A DNA stretch of 64,000 bases, from assembly GCA_965216445.1 (NCBI GenBank), contig OZ244166.1, forward strand, positions 1,175,515 through 1,239,514. The letters run 5' to 3'. Position 1 is the stretch's first letter. Every line of letters begins with the position of its first letter. This DNA comes from Acidimicrobiia bacterium (lineage in GTDB: Bacteria; Actinomycetota; Acidimicrobiia; Spongiisociales; ZC4RG35). The notes below the pieces were generated by a model. That model did not search any database and had not been told where the DNA came from. It worked only from the letters and a program-made list of their open reading frames with translations. The position numbers and the translations under genes were made by a program. Shown in pieces: positions 9,688-18,130 of the stretch.

Positions 9688-10029
9688 CGAGTTCGTCGGA
9701 CGGCCGCGGCGTGGGGATCCCCCAGGTCGAGGAAAGTCCGGACTCCACAGGGCATGGTGCTGGGTAACACCCAGGCGGGGTGACCCGACGGAAAGTGCAG
9801 CAGAAAGCAAACCGCCGATGGTCTTTGGACACAGGCAAGGGTGAAAAGGTGGTGTAAGAGACCACCAGCACTTCGGGTGACCGGAGTGGCTTGTAAACCC
9901 CACCAGGAGCAAGGCCAAGCAGGGATTGATGGCCCGTCGATATCCCGGGTAGGCCGCATGAGCTGACTGGTAACAGTCCGCCAAGATGGATGGTCGTCGC
10001 AACAGAATCCGGCTTATAGACGAACTCGC
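9688..10029 (+). ncRNA. rnpB: RNase P RNA (bacterial type A)
   Basis: Conserved P4 5' strand GAGGAAAGTCCGGACTCCACAGGGCA and P4 3' strand ACAGAATCCGGCTTA. P1 pairing CGAGTTCGTC(9688-9697)/GACGAACTCG(10020-10029). P3-like hairpin GTGGGGATCCCCCA. TAAAAT -10 box at 9675-9680, 7 nt before the predicted 5' end. Ends are +/- 5 nt. Confidence 0.85.
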
Positions 10030-10189
10030 ACTCGTGAAGAAGGCCCCCGATTGTCGGGGGCCTTCGCCTTGTCTTCTCCACGTTCCAAAATCCGGCGAAT
10101 CTACGTTGTCGGCCAATAGCCTGAGGGTGTCCGGAAACCTTTTCCAACCGGAGCAGGTCGAATCCGTGGCTTCAAAGGAGGAGTTGACG

Positions 10190-10837
10190 TTGGTTATCAA
10201 CAAATATCTGGCCGAATTCATGGGGACTTTGATCCTCGTGTTCGGCGGTTCGATGGGGATTCTGGCCGTCGGTGGTGCCAATGGCGCCGCCGAAATGTTG
10301 GCCATTTCCCTGGCATTCGGTATGGCCCTGTTGGCAGGGATTTGGGCACTCGGACATGTCTCTGGTGCTCACTTCAATCCCGCTGTCACCTTGAGCATGC
10401 TCCTAGACGGGCGAATCGGCGTTAGTGACGCAATCGGCTACTGGGTGGGACAGTTCGCCGGTGCAGCGGTAGCGTCGCTTCTGGTGGCGGGAGCCTCATC
10501 CACCGACATCGTTGCCGGCACCATGACGACGTTTACGGATCAGGGGACGGCGATTCTGATGGAGATCGCACTAACCGCGATATTCGTGTGGGTGATCATG
10601 GCGGTTACCAAAACTGGTGCGAACGCAGCCCCGGCCGCAATTGCCCTCACCCTGGTTGGTGTCCATCTTTCGGGTATCCCATTCTCAGGAGCGTCAGTCA
10701 ACCCGGCGCGTTCGTTCGGACCTGCTGTGGTCTCGGGGAACTTCGCTGACTTGTGGGTATACCTCGTGTTCCCGTTGGTCGGTGCTTTGGTGGCCTTCGG
10801 CCTATACCGGCTTTTCCCGGCGCCGGACGAAGCCTGA
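10190..10837 (+). CDS. aqpZ: aquaporin Z (MIP family water channel)
   Basis: Two NPA boxes (HFNPAVT and NPARSFGPAV). Start placed at TTG 10190, 7 nt after a strong AAGGAGGA RBS (10175-10182). The ORF-track start 9986 would run through rnpB. Confidence 0.85.
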   Translation: MVINKYLAEFMGTLILVFGGSMGILAVGGANGAAEMLAISLAFGMALLAGIWALGHVSGAHFNPAVTLSMLLDGRIGVSDAIGYWVGQFAGAAVASLLVAGASSTDIVAGTMTTFTDQGTAILMEIALTAIFVWVIMAVTKTGANAAPAAIALTLVGVHLSGIPFSGASVNPARSFGPAVVSGNFADLWVYLVFPLVGALVAFGLYRLFPAPDEA

Positions 10838-10862
10838 AAGTCGACGTCAGGACCTAATCGAG

Positions 10863-10888
10863 AAACGGCCCGCTTCGGCGGGCCGTTT
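10863..10888. terminator. rho-independent terminator hairpin (bidirectional, between aqpZ and the convergent GGCT-like gene)
   Basis: Perfect 11-bp stem AAACGGCCCGC/GCGGGCCGTTT with TTCG loop, followed by TCTTCAAA. Confidence 0.5.
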
Positions 10889-10923
10889 CTTCAAAGCACT
10901 TGTGCTTCTTGCGTTGCGCCCGG

Positions 10924-11439
10924 TCAACTGAAAAGAGGATCTTCGACAAGGTCCTGGAGTCCGACGACCCAACCAGCCGGGAGGTCCCAGTGCCGAGCAC
11001 CGGCGATCATTGTTTCGACGTATTCGACAGGTGGGACGGTCTCTTCACCTGGGCTGCCTGGGCTGACGAACGTCAAACAATCGTGCTTGTTTCCACCACG
11101 GTCGATGGCTCTTTCTTCCCAGATGGCGACCCGTCCCTCTTGCTCCTCAATAGCTGTGAGGGCCTCGATTTCGTCTTCCGGGATCTCAAACACCCCACCC
11201 CAGACGGTTGATCCCTCTCCATGAACCAGCGTCACCGTTGGCTTGGGCCCGTTGGCGACGAACGAAAGCCTGGTTTCGGGGTAATGGGCTGTGAATCGGA
11301 ATTCAGCATTGGGAGCCGCCGCGGCCAGCCGCTCCGGTTCCAGGATTGATGTATAGGCGAAGTACAGCTTCGTTTCTGGCACGGGGAGCCAAGTGTACCC
11401 GTAGCAAAACGCGAATCCCGATTTATTCCTGATAAACAC
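10924..11439 (-). CDS. gamma-glutamylcyclotransferase-like (AIG2/GGCT fold) protein
   Basis: LYFAYTSILEPERL resembles the YFAYGSNL N-terminal motif of GGCT/AIG2 proteins. GTG 11439 is only 23 nt from the divergent selenoprotein start. An in-frame GTG at 11382 (MPETKLYFAY...) is a plausible alternative start. Confidence 0.45.
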   Translation of the reverse strand: MFIRNKSGFAFCYGYTWLPVPETKLYFAYTSILEPERLAAAAPNAEFRFTAHYPETRLSFVANGPKPTVTLVHGEGSTVWGGVFEIPEDEIEALTAIEEQEGRVAIWEERAIDRGGNKHDCLTFVSPGSPGEETVPPVEYVETMIAGARHWDLPAGWVVGLQDLVEDPLFS

Positions 11440-11462
11440 AGGATCGTCTACCGTTCTGGGAC

Positions 11463-12080
11463 GTGAAACGTCTCATTCTCTTTGCGGTATTGGCACTCGT
11501 CGTCGCTGCGTGTGGTGGTTCAGCGGTTTCAGACCAATCCACTGATCCCACTGATCCTGCCAGCACGGAGACAACGTCGACCTCCGATACCCCGGCAACA
11601 ACCGGGTCGGACGGTGAAACTACGACCACACCAGCTGGCGAGACCTCGACCACTTCAGGTCGTGAGGTGGCCCCTGACTTCACTCTGCAGCTCGGTGAAG
11701 GTGGAACCTTCAGTCTTTCAGACAGCTCCAAGCCGGTCTATCTGGTCTTTTGGGCTGAGTGGTGACCAACCTGTCGACGGGAGTTGCCCGTCATCGACAG
11801 AATTGCGGCTGATTACGCCGATCGAATCGACTTCGTCGCCCCTGCGTGGAAGTCGTCGTTCGCGGCCACAGAGGAGCGTGCCAATGAACTGCTCCAGTCG
11901 GGCGTGATCATGTGGGGTTTGGACGAAGATGAAGAGATATTCTCGCTGTATGGAGTCCCTTACCAGCCGGTCACAGTACTGATCGCTGGCGACGACACAG
12001 TGGTCGAAGCCTGGCCCGGTCTCAGGGACGAGGCGGAGATTCGTGCCGCCCTGGATGCGCTCATAGCGCTGACGAGCTAA
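11463..12080 (+). CDS. TlpA-like thioredoxin-fold lipoprotein, predicted selenoprotein with in-frame UGA (Sec) at 11763-11765 (UXXC active site)
   Basis: ORFs 11463..11765 and 11784..12080 share one frame and are separated only by TGA. Read-through gives ...APDFTLQLGEGGTFSLSDSSKPVYLVFWAEW-U-PTCRRELPVIDRIAADYADRIDFVAPAW...FSLYGVPYQPVTVLIAGDDTVVEAWPG. This is a complete TlpA/ResA fold with TGA exactly at the first Cys of W-C-x-x-C. N-terminal signal peptide with lipobox (LVVAAC) and Thr/Ser-rich linker. SECIS-like hairpin directly downstream. Confidence 0.6.
11771..11800 (+). promoter_or_regulatory. candidate bacterial SECIS hairpin for UGA 11763-11765
   Basis: CTGTCGA-CGGG-[AGTTG]-CCCG-TCA-TCGACAG: 11 bp in two helical segments with a 3-nt bulge. 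Apical loop contains G and U about 20 nt after the UGA, within the usual bSECIS window. Confidence 0.45.
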
Positions 12081-12105
12081 CCAACACGCTCTACTATGGA
12101 GCCGG

Positions 12106-12486
12106 ATGTCAACGCAGGTTTCTACCGAGGAACTCCTCAAGGGTCTTGAGCTCCAGCTACTGGATCCCGACTTCAGGCGCGACACCGCGAAAGTTCTCGA
12201 ACTCTTGTCAGACGACTTTCTCGAGGTGGGTACCCGAGGACGCCAATATGACCTTGTGGCGATCGTTAGAGAAATGGCCAGGGGCCGACCCAGTTCGGTG
12301 GTCGTCAAGGATTGGAAGATCCGCGAGTTGTTTCCAACGGTGATGCTCTGTACATATCGCACAGTGAGCTCAACAGGCCGAGAGGTTTTTCGCAGTTCAG
12401 TATGGGTGCGGCGCAAGGACGGAAAGTGGAGAATGTCCTTTCATCAAGGCACTCCGATACCCGAGTCCTGGGGGGGACCGAGTTGA
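12106..12486 (+). CDS. SnoaL-like/NTF2-fold protein (DUF4440-like)
   Basis: 126 aa. C-terminal VWVRRKDGKWRMSFHQGT is typical of DUF4440/NTF2-like proteins. Confidence 0.55.
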   Translation: MSTQVSTEELLKGLELQLLDPDFRRDTAKVLELLSDDFLEVGTRGRQYDLVAIVREMARGRPSSVVVKDWKIRELFPTVMLCTYRTVSSTGREVFRSSVWVRRKDGKWRMSFHQGTPIPESWGGPS

Positions 12487-12529
12487 GCTGGTTGTAGATG
12501 CCTAGACCCACCTCATACATCACTCCTTT

Positions 12530-13975
12530 TTGAGAAGATTCGAACTCCTTCTCCTTTTCGCCGGACTGTTCGCCGTGGCGTGGCCAGCGGTTTTTGGCGT
12601 CCGACCACGCCGCGGGATTGCTTCGACGCTGCTCGTGGCCGCTTTCGTCGCGCATCTTCAGATCGAGGGTCTTCGTTGGCAACTGATCCCGTTGTATCTG
12701 GCCACGTTTGGTTTGGTTATCGGCGACATCGTGTTTCTCGACAGGGAGCTTCGTTGGCCACGGCGTGTCGCCAGAGGTGTTTTTGGGGTCGTTGGCTTGC
12801 TTCTGGTGGCCTCGCTCGGCTGGTTGCTTCCCGTACCCGAATTGCCAACTCCGACTGGGACGGAAGTCATCGGGACGGTTGTGGTCGAGGTCATCGACAG
12901 GGACCGGCCCGAGATCTACGGGCTGCAACCCGGGCAGGAGACTGGAGGAGATCGTCGATTCGTGGCCCAGGTCTGGTACCCAGCTGGTGATCCCGGAGAC
13001 GCTGAACCACAGGGTGTCCATCCGGATTGGCCGATAGTTGGCTCTGAGCTGGCACTGGACATCGGTTTTCCTGGCTGGTTTCTCAGTCATGTCAAATACA
13101 CGGATTCCCACTCGTTCGACTCGCTGCCAGTGGCTCCAGGAACGTATCCAGTGGTGCTCTACAGCCACGGATGGACTGGATATCGATCGATCGGTTTGAA
13201 CCAGATCGAGTCCCTGGTTTCCAACGGGTACATCGTCATCGCACCGGATCACACCTATGGGGCTGTGGCGACGGTGTTCAACGACGGCGAGGTCGTGACC
13301 TATGACCCATCTGCCCTGCCTGACGAGACCACTGTGAGTGATACTCAATACCGGGAGTCATCGGAGATGCTGGTCGAGACGTTCGCTGGTGACTTGTTGA
13401 AAATCCTCGACGAACTTGATCTCGGTGTCGAGGGTGACTTCGGTACCTTGACAGACAGTATGGACCTGACCCGCGTCGGCGTCTTCGGCCATTCGACAGG
13501 CGGGGGAGCCGCGATGCGTGTTTGCCTCGTTGACGAACGTTGTGACGCGGTATTGGGGATGGATGCCTGGGTCGAACCTCTTCCTGATCGAATCCTGGCC
13601 GAGACCCTGCAGCAGCCGTCACTGCAGATGCGGTCGGCTGAATGGCAGGCAAAACCAAATGACGCCATCCTGCGCGGGATTTCGGAACGCAGTGAAGAGG
13701 TTGCCTACTGGATAGGCATCGACGGCACCGGTCACAACGACTTTGTGATGACACCTCTTTTCTCGCCGGTTGCTGACGAGTTGGGGCTCCGGGGGCCAAT
13801 CCCGGCAGGTCGGATAATCCCGATCATCAACCAGTATCTCGTCGGATTCTTTGACGTCTTCCTGCTCGGAACAGGACCAGCTGCCATCAACACTGTCACC
13901 TTCGATGAGGTCAGTCTGGAGATCATCCCCGCGGCGAATGTGGGACAAGACGACGAGGCTGGGGATTCTGGCTGA
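12530..13975 (+). CDS. membrane-anchored alpha/beta hydrolase (PAF-acetylhydrolase-like / lipase family)
   Basis: N-terminal TM helices, then a hydrolase domain with YSHGWTG and nucleophile elbow GHSTGG, and later a DGTGHNDF region. Confidence 0.6.
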   Translation: MRRFELLLLFAGLFAVAWPAVFGVRPRRGIASTLLVAAFVAHLQIEGLRWQLIPLYLATFGLVIGDIVFLDRELRWPRRVARGVFGVVGLLLVASLGWLLPVPELPTPTGTEVIGTVVVEVIDRDRPEIYGLQPGQETGGDRRFVAQVWYPAGDPGDAEPQGVHPDWPIVGSELALDIGFPGWFLSHVKYTDSHSFDSLPVAPGTYPVVLYSHGWTGYRSIGLNQIESLVSNGYIVIAPDHTYGAVATVFNDGEVVTYDPSALPDETTVSDTQYRESSEMLVETFAGDLLKILDELDLGVEGDFGTLTDSMDLTRVGVFGHSTGGGAAMRVCLVDERCDAVLGMDAWVEPLPDRILAETLQQPSLQMRSAEWQAKPNDAILRGISERSEEVAYWIGIDGTGHNDFVMTPLFSPVADELGLRGPIPAGRIIPIINQYLVGFFDVFLLGTGPAAINTVTFDEVSLEIIPAANVGQDDEAGDSG

Positions 13976-13980
13976 GCTGA

Positions 13981-14580
13981 TTACTCGGAAGGTCTTTGTT
14001 GCGTGTCGCCAGTGACTTGTTGTCCCGGCGTCTCTCCGGCAAGGATGCCGTCAAGTGTGGCGCCGAGGATGAGCGCGTCAGCCTCGCCGATGATCTTGCC
14101 GACCACGGTGCCCTCTTCGTTGATGAAAAACGTCTCGGGAATGCCAAATACCCCGTAGGCAATCGAAGCCCTCCCGCCAGGGTCCGAAAGGTAGATAGTC
14201 GACTCCGACCTTCCCGCTTCATCCAGGTAGGCGATGGCGGTTCCACGGTTCTCGTTGTAGAGGATTTGAACGAACTGGACCCCACGGTCCGCAAAAGCTT
14301 CTGAGGTGGCGACAAAGTCGGCGTGTTCGTTGCGACATTCGGGGCACCAGGAGGCAAAGAAGTTGACCACGGTGACACTCCCGGTAAGTTCCGAAGTGTC
14401 GAACTCCGATTCTTCGTCGAGCAATTGCATGGTGAGCTGTGGTGCCGGCTGACCGAGGAGGGGAGACTGAACGAGACCAGGATCAGAACCGAAACGACTC
14501 GCCAGAACCACTGATAGGACCACAGCCACACCGGCGACCGAAAGACCGACCCATTTCAGAACGCCGCCCCTCACGTGCAC
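13981..14580 (-). CDS. ccmG: thiol:disulfide interchange protein CcmG/DsbE
   Basis: WCPECR active site and the DsbE-specific GVFGIPETFFINEEGTVVGK motif. N-terminal membrane anchor. Last gene of the ccm operon. Confidence 0.75.
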   Translation of the reverse strand: MHVRGGVLKWVGLSVAGVAVVLSVVLASRFGSDPGLVQSPLLGQPAPQLTMQLLDEESEFDTSELTGSVTVVNFFASWCPECRNEHADFVATSEAFADRGVQFVQILYNENRGTAIAYLDEAGRSESTIYLSDPGGRASIAYGVFGIPETFFINEEGTVVGKIIGEADALILGATLDGILAGETPGQQVTGDTQQRPSE

Positions 14581-15593
14581 GCCTGTCCGGCCGAGGCCAG
14601 GTCGAAGTCACTTTGAACTTGGGACCGGGTTTCCTCAGAGAGCTCGGGGTTGGCTAACACCTCGGCGAAGAGCGTCGAAGCCTGCTGGTTGTCACCTGTC
14701 CCGCACCAGATCACTTGACCCTTCAGGTAAAGCGCCACCGTGGACTCGGGCACAATGGCCAGCGCCTCGTCAAACAGAGTCACGGCAGTCTCGACCTCGC
14801 CGTTTCCGTCGTAAGCCATCCAACCCAACCGTATGAGTGCCGTCGAAGCCTCCCCTTCAGTCGATCGTTCGTCCTCAGCTACCTGCAGGTAGAGCGGGAA
14901 GGCTGATCGATAGTCGCCCGCACTGAAATAGCGCTCGGCGAGTGCAACCCGCATCCCATTGACCTGGGGATGGTCGACGTTCGCAGCAATCACCGCCTCC
15001 ATAGTCTCGTTACTCACGCCATCGAGGTTGTCGACGTCGACGCTGGCAGCCCCTGACGTGGTGGCTGGACGATCCTGGATCATCGCGCCGGCTATCAAAA
15101 CGATCAATGCGAAGCCGCCGATCACGATTAGACCGCCGACAAGCCGACGATTGGTAGTTGATGGCGTCGTTTCGTCCTCCAGTCCTCCGCCCTCCGTGGC
15201 CACGGCGGGGCCGGGATGAGCTCGCCACCAGAAAATGACCGCGACGCCGATGGCCAGGGCCGCGATGGGTGCGAGCCAAAGAAACAATGTCGAACCGGAG
15301 GCTGGAGGGTCAAGCAAAACCGAGTTGCTGAACGAGGAGAGCAGTTCGTCGATGATCTCATCGTCGCTGGCTCCGGCGGCAACCCTCTCTTCCACCAGGT
15401 CCATCATGTCGGTAGCCATCTGGGCTGGTGAGTTGGCAATCGACTCACCCTGACAAACAGGGCATTTGATGGCTGTGCCGATCCGTTCGACGCGATCGTC
15501 GGGAGTCTCGGCGGTTGCAACCAGTCCGATCAGCACGAGGGTCAGGACACCGAGAAGAGACCCGACAACGAGATTTCTGGCTCTGTCAGACAT
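14571..15593 (-). CDS. ccmH: cytochrome c-type biogenesis protein CcmH (CXXC) with C-terminal TPR/CcmI-like domain
   Basis: KCPVCQGESIANSPAQMA matches the CcmH LRCPVCQ motif. TM segment, then TPR-like repeats. Start taken at ATG 15593 (MSDRARN...), which overlaps the ccmF stop as ATGTCTGA. The ORF track begins at 15659. Confidence 0.75.
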   Translation of the reverse strand: MSDRARNLVVGSLLGVLTLVLIGLVATAETPDDRVERIGTAIKCPVCQGESIANSPAQMATDMMDLVEERVAAGASDDEIIDELLSSFSNSVLLDPPASGSTLFLWLAPIAALAIGVAVIFWWRAHPGPAVATEGGGLEDETTPSTTNRRLVGGLIVIGGFALIVLIAGAMIQDRPATTSGAASVDVDNLDGVSNETMEAVIAANVDHPQVNGMRVALAERYFSAGDYRSAFPLYLQVAEDERSTEGEASTALIRLGWMAYDGNGEVETAVTLFDEALAIVPESTVALYLKGQVIWCGTGDNQQASTLFAEVLANPELSEETRSQVQSDFDLASAGQACT

Positions 15594-17616
15594 CAGCCGT
15601 TTGACGTTTCGGCACGGTGTTGGGTTCCCCTCGGCGCGAAGTGAGAGCCCAGAAGCCACCCGCTGCCGCCAGCATGCCGCCGACCCACAGCAGCCAGATC
15701 AGCGGCGAAGTATCCAGCGATAGGGTCGCCGCCGGTGAGGTGCCGGGAGGGATACGCAGGGTGAGGTAAAGGTCCCCGCTGGGTCTGGTCAGGACCGATG
15801 GTGTTGTGATGCCCGAACCCGATCGGTAGAAGTTCACGGTTGGTTCCAACGTGGTCACGAAGCGACCCCCACGGAAAACGCTGATACGGACTCCCAAAAC
15901 TGTCCGTTGCGGTTGTTCGGACTGGAATGGGCTCTCGTAGACGAGTTCGTATCCAGCGAAGTTGGTCGATTCACCCGGTTCGAGTTCGACGGTGCTGTGG
16001 ACTCCGAGATTGGCTGCGAATGCAATACCCAGTGCTACCAGCACCACGCCAATGTGGCTCAGTTGGCCTGCCCAGAATGGTGTATCTCCACGTACCACTG
16101 TTCCCACAGCTTCGAGGAGTGACTCGCCCGTCTTATTAGATCTCCGACTCGCCTGTTCGAGTAGAAGTCCGAGGATGACACCGATTACGAAGACAGCGAG
16201 GACCGTCGCCAGGATCACCCATCCCAGTCGGGTCACGGTTAAAGCCACGATCAGTCCCGCAGTCACGGCAATCAACGCCGGGTTGCGAATCTGTCGCCAT
16301 ACGACTTCGGCAGAAGCGTGTCGCCAGGGTGTAATTGGTCCAAAACCCATGACGAGAAGTAGCGCGAAGGAAAGGGGCACAGCGAGACGGTTGAAGAAAG
16401 GCTCGCCGACTCCCACCTGAGTTCCGGTGAATGCTTCCACCAGCAATGGGTAGGTGGTTCCGATCAGGACGACAAATGCATACAGGGTGAGAATCAGGTT
16501 GTTTGCCAGGAAAGTTCCTTCCCGGCTAGCGAACGATTCGATCCGTGGTGCCGAGCTGACCAAATGCGATCTGGTGGCGAAAAGCGTGAATGAACCGACC
16601 AACACCAAAGTCAGGAATCCGAGAAGGGCGGGTCCAATCGCTGACTGTGTGAACGAGTGGACCGAGTTGATCGTCCCCGACCGGGTGAGGAAGGTGCCGA
16701 GGATCGTGAGAGCGAAAGCAGATATCACAAGTACGAAATTCCAGGCCTGGAGCATGTTGCGGCGTTGTTGCACAATCGCCGAGTGGAGGAACGCCGTGGC
16801 AACTAGCCACGGCATCAGCGAAGCGTTTTCCACTGGGTCCCATGCCCAGTATCCACCCCAGGAAAGAACCTCATAAGCCCACCACCCACCGAGAACGATC
16901 CCGAAAGTGAGAAAGCTCCAGGCGACCAGAGTCGACCGATGAGATCTCCGGAGCCAGGCGGGACCGGGAACTTTGAGTGCCAGGGCCGAAATTGCGAAAG
17001 AGAACGGAACGGATAGTCCCACGTAACCGAGGTAGAGCATTGGGGGGTGGATCGCCATCAAGATGTGGTTTTGCAGCAGGTCGTTGGGCCCTGCACCGTC
17101 TGCAGGTGCCTGAATCGATGAGAAGGGCCACGGGCTGGACACTGCGCATGCTCTCTCCGCTGCCTCGACGCACACTTCGAACGGGTTGGAGACTGTGATC
17201 ATCAAGGCAAAGAAGAAGATCCCAATGCCGCCCATTACCGCCAGCGCGCCTGCCCCAAGCCGGTCCGGTGCGGTTTCGTAACGCCTCAGTACCGCCCAGG
17301 TGAAACCGGCCAACACCAAGCCCCACAGCACGATGGATCCTTCGAGTGCTCCCCAGGCGCTGGCGACATTGAATGGGAACGGTGTCGAAGACGCATGGTG
17401 GTTGGCAACGTATGAGATCTGAAAGTCATTCGTCACCAGCGCCAGCTCCAACGCAACCATTGCCACAACGGCACCACTGAGAAGCAACCGCACGGGTGGT
17501 CTGAGGTTCGACACACCCGTTTCGGAGCGGGCGACTGCCACCGCTCTGGCCACGAGAAGAACTGCTCCAACCAGACCTGCTGCGATTCCGATTGTTCCCA
17601 AGAGGGAAAGCAGCAT
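15586..17616 (-). CDS. ccmF: cytochrome c haem lyase subunit CcmF
   Basis: 676 aa polytopic protein with the WWD domain WGGYWAWDPVENASLMPWL. Confidence 0.9.
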   Translation of the reverse strand: MLLSLLGTIGIAAGLVGAVLLVARAVAVARSETGVSNLRPPVRLLLSGAVVAMVALELALVTNDFQISYVANHHASSTPFPFNVASAWGALEGSIVLWGLVLAGFTWAVLRRYETAPDRLGAGALAVMGGIGIFFFALMITVSNPFEVCVEAAERACAVSSPWPFSSIQAPADGAGPNDLLQNHILMAIHPPMLYLGYVGLSVPFSFAISALALKVPGPAWLRRSHRSTLVAWSFLTFGIVLGGWWAYEVLSWGGYWAWDPVENASLMPWLVATAFLHSAIVQQRRNMLQAWNFVLVISAFALTILGTFLTRSGTINSVHSFTQSAIGPALLGFLTLVLVGSFTLFATRSHLVSSAPRIESFASREGTFLANNLILTLYAFVVLIGTTYPLLVEAFTGTQVGVGEPFFNRLAVPLSFALLLVMGFGPITPWRHASAEVVWRQIRNPALIAVTAGLIVALTVTRLGWVILATVLAVFVIGVILGLLLEQASRRSNKTGESLLEAVGTVVRGDTPFWAGQLSHIGVVLVALGIAFAANLGVHSTVELEPGESTNFAGYELVYESPFQSEQPQRTVLGVRISVFRGGRFVTTLEPTVNFYRSGSGITTPSVLTRPSGDLYLTLRIPPGTSPAATLSLDTSPLIWLLWVGGMLAAAGGFWALTSRRGEPNTVPKRQTADV

Positions 17617-18023
17617 CAGCTGTCCTCTACCGGCGTTCCCTCTTCGGGAATGACGTAGTTCTCGTCGTGGCGGATGAGTGCGTTTGTTGCCGCGTAGTCG
17701 TCACCGTCCCAAGATCCGTCGAGAAGTACCGGGACCGTATCGTTGAACAGAGGCGGGGGAGTGTCGGCGAGTCGGACGCTGATTGTTGCTCCACCGTCGG
17801 TGACGTCAAACAAAAGATCGTCTCCAACCTCGACCACGGTCCCCGGCACCACCGAACCGGCCAACCGGAATTGCTCGCCGTCAGGGAACGAATCCCGCTG
17901 GTCCACTGCTTCGGTGGGATAGAGGTAATAAGTCAGGTTGTCATCGAGATTGATCAATGACATTGCCACGATCAGAGCGATGATGCCTCCGATTCCAAGA
18001 AGGACCAGAGATCGATGCTCCAT
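17616..18023 (-). CDS. ccmE: cytochrome c maturation haem chaperone CcmE
   Basis: N-terminal TM anchor then OB-fold. C-terminal LIRHDENYVIPEE matches the CcmE haem-binding HDENY motif. Confidence 0.85.
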   Translation of the reverse strand: MEHRSLVLLGIGGIIALIVAMSLINLDDNLTYYLYPTEAVDQRDSFPDGEQFRLAGSVVPGTVVEVGDDLLFDVTDGGATISVRLADTPPPLFNDTVPVLLDGSWDGDDYAATNALIRHDENYVIPEEGTPVEDS

Positions 18024-18025
18024 TA

Positions 18026-18130
18026 CTACCGCTCCGCTCTCTTGCGACGCAGATGCAGATAGACGGCATAGCCAAGGGTCGACCCGTAGACAACGGCGTA
18101 AGTTGCGATCACGACCAGCGAATCAGACAT
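18026..18130 (-). CDS. ccmD: haem exporter protein CcmD (35 aa, single TM)
   Basis: Not in the ORF track. Minus strand reads ATG TCT GAT ... = MSDSLVVIATYAVVYGSTLGYAVYLHLRRKRAER*, a hydrophobic helix followed by basic residues as in CcmD. The ATG overlaps the ccmC stop as ATGTCTGA, and the stop lies 2 nt before the ccmE ATG. Confidence 0.5.
   Translation of the reverse strand: MSDSLVVIATYAVVYGSTLGYAVYLHLRRKRAER

Noticed and set aside
9484-10305. 273-aa and 157-aa minus-strand ORFs in the track
   Set aside because: They lie across the RNase P RNA gene and its flanks. The amino acid composition is non-protein-like, and the region is fully explained by rnpB.
11784-12080. Stand-alone 98-aa ORF starting MPVIDRIAADY
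   Set aside because: It encodes only the back half of a thioredoxin fold without the active site. It is in frame with, and contiguous to, the upstream half across a single TGA. It is better explained as the Sec-recoded continuation.
12305-13348. 347-aa minus-strand ORF
   Set aside because: Antisense to the alpha/beta hydrolase gene. It is Arg/Pro/Ser-rich with no motifs.
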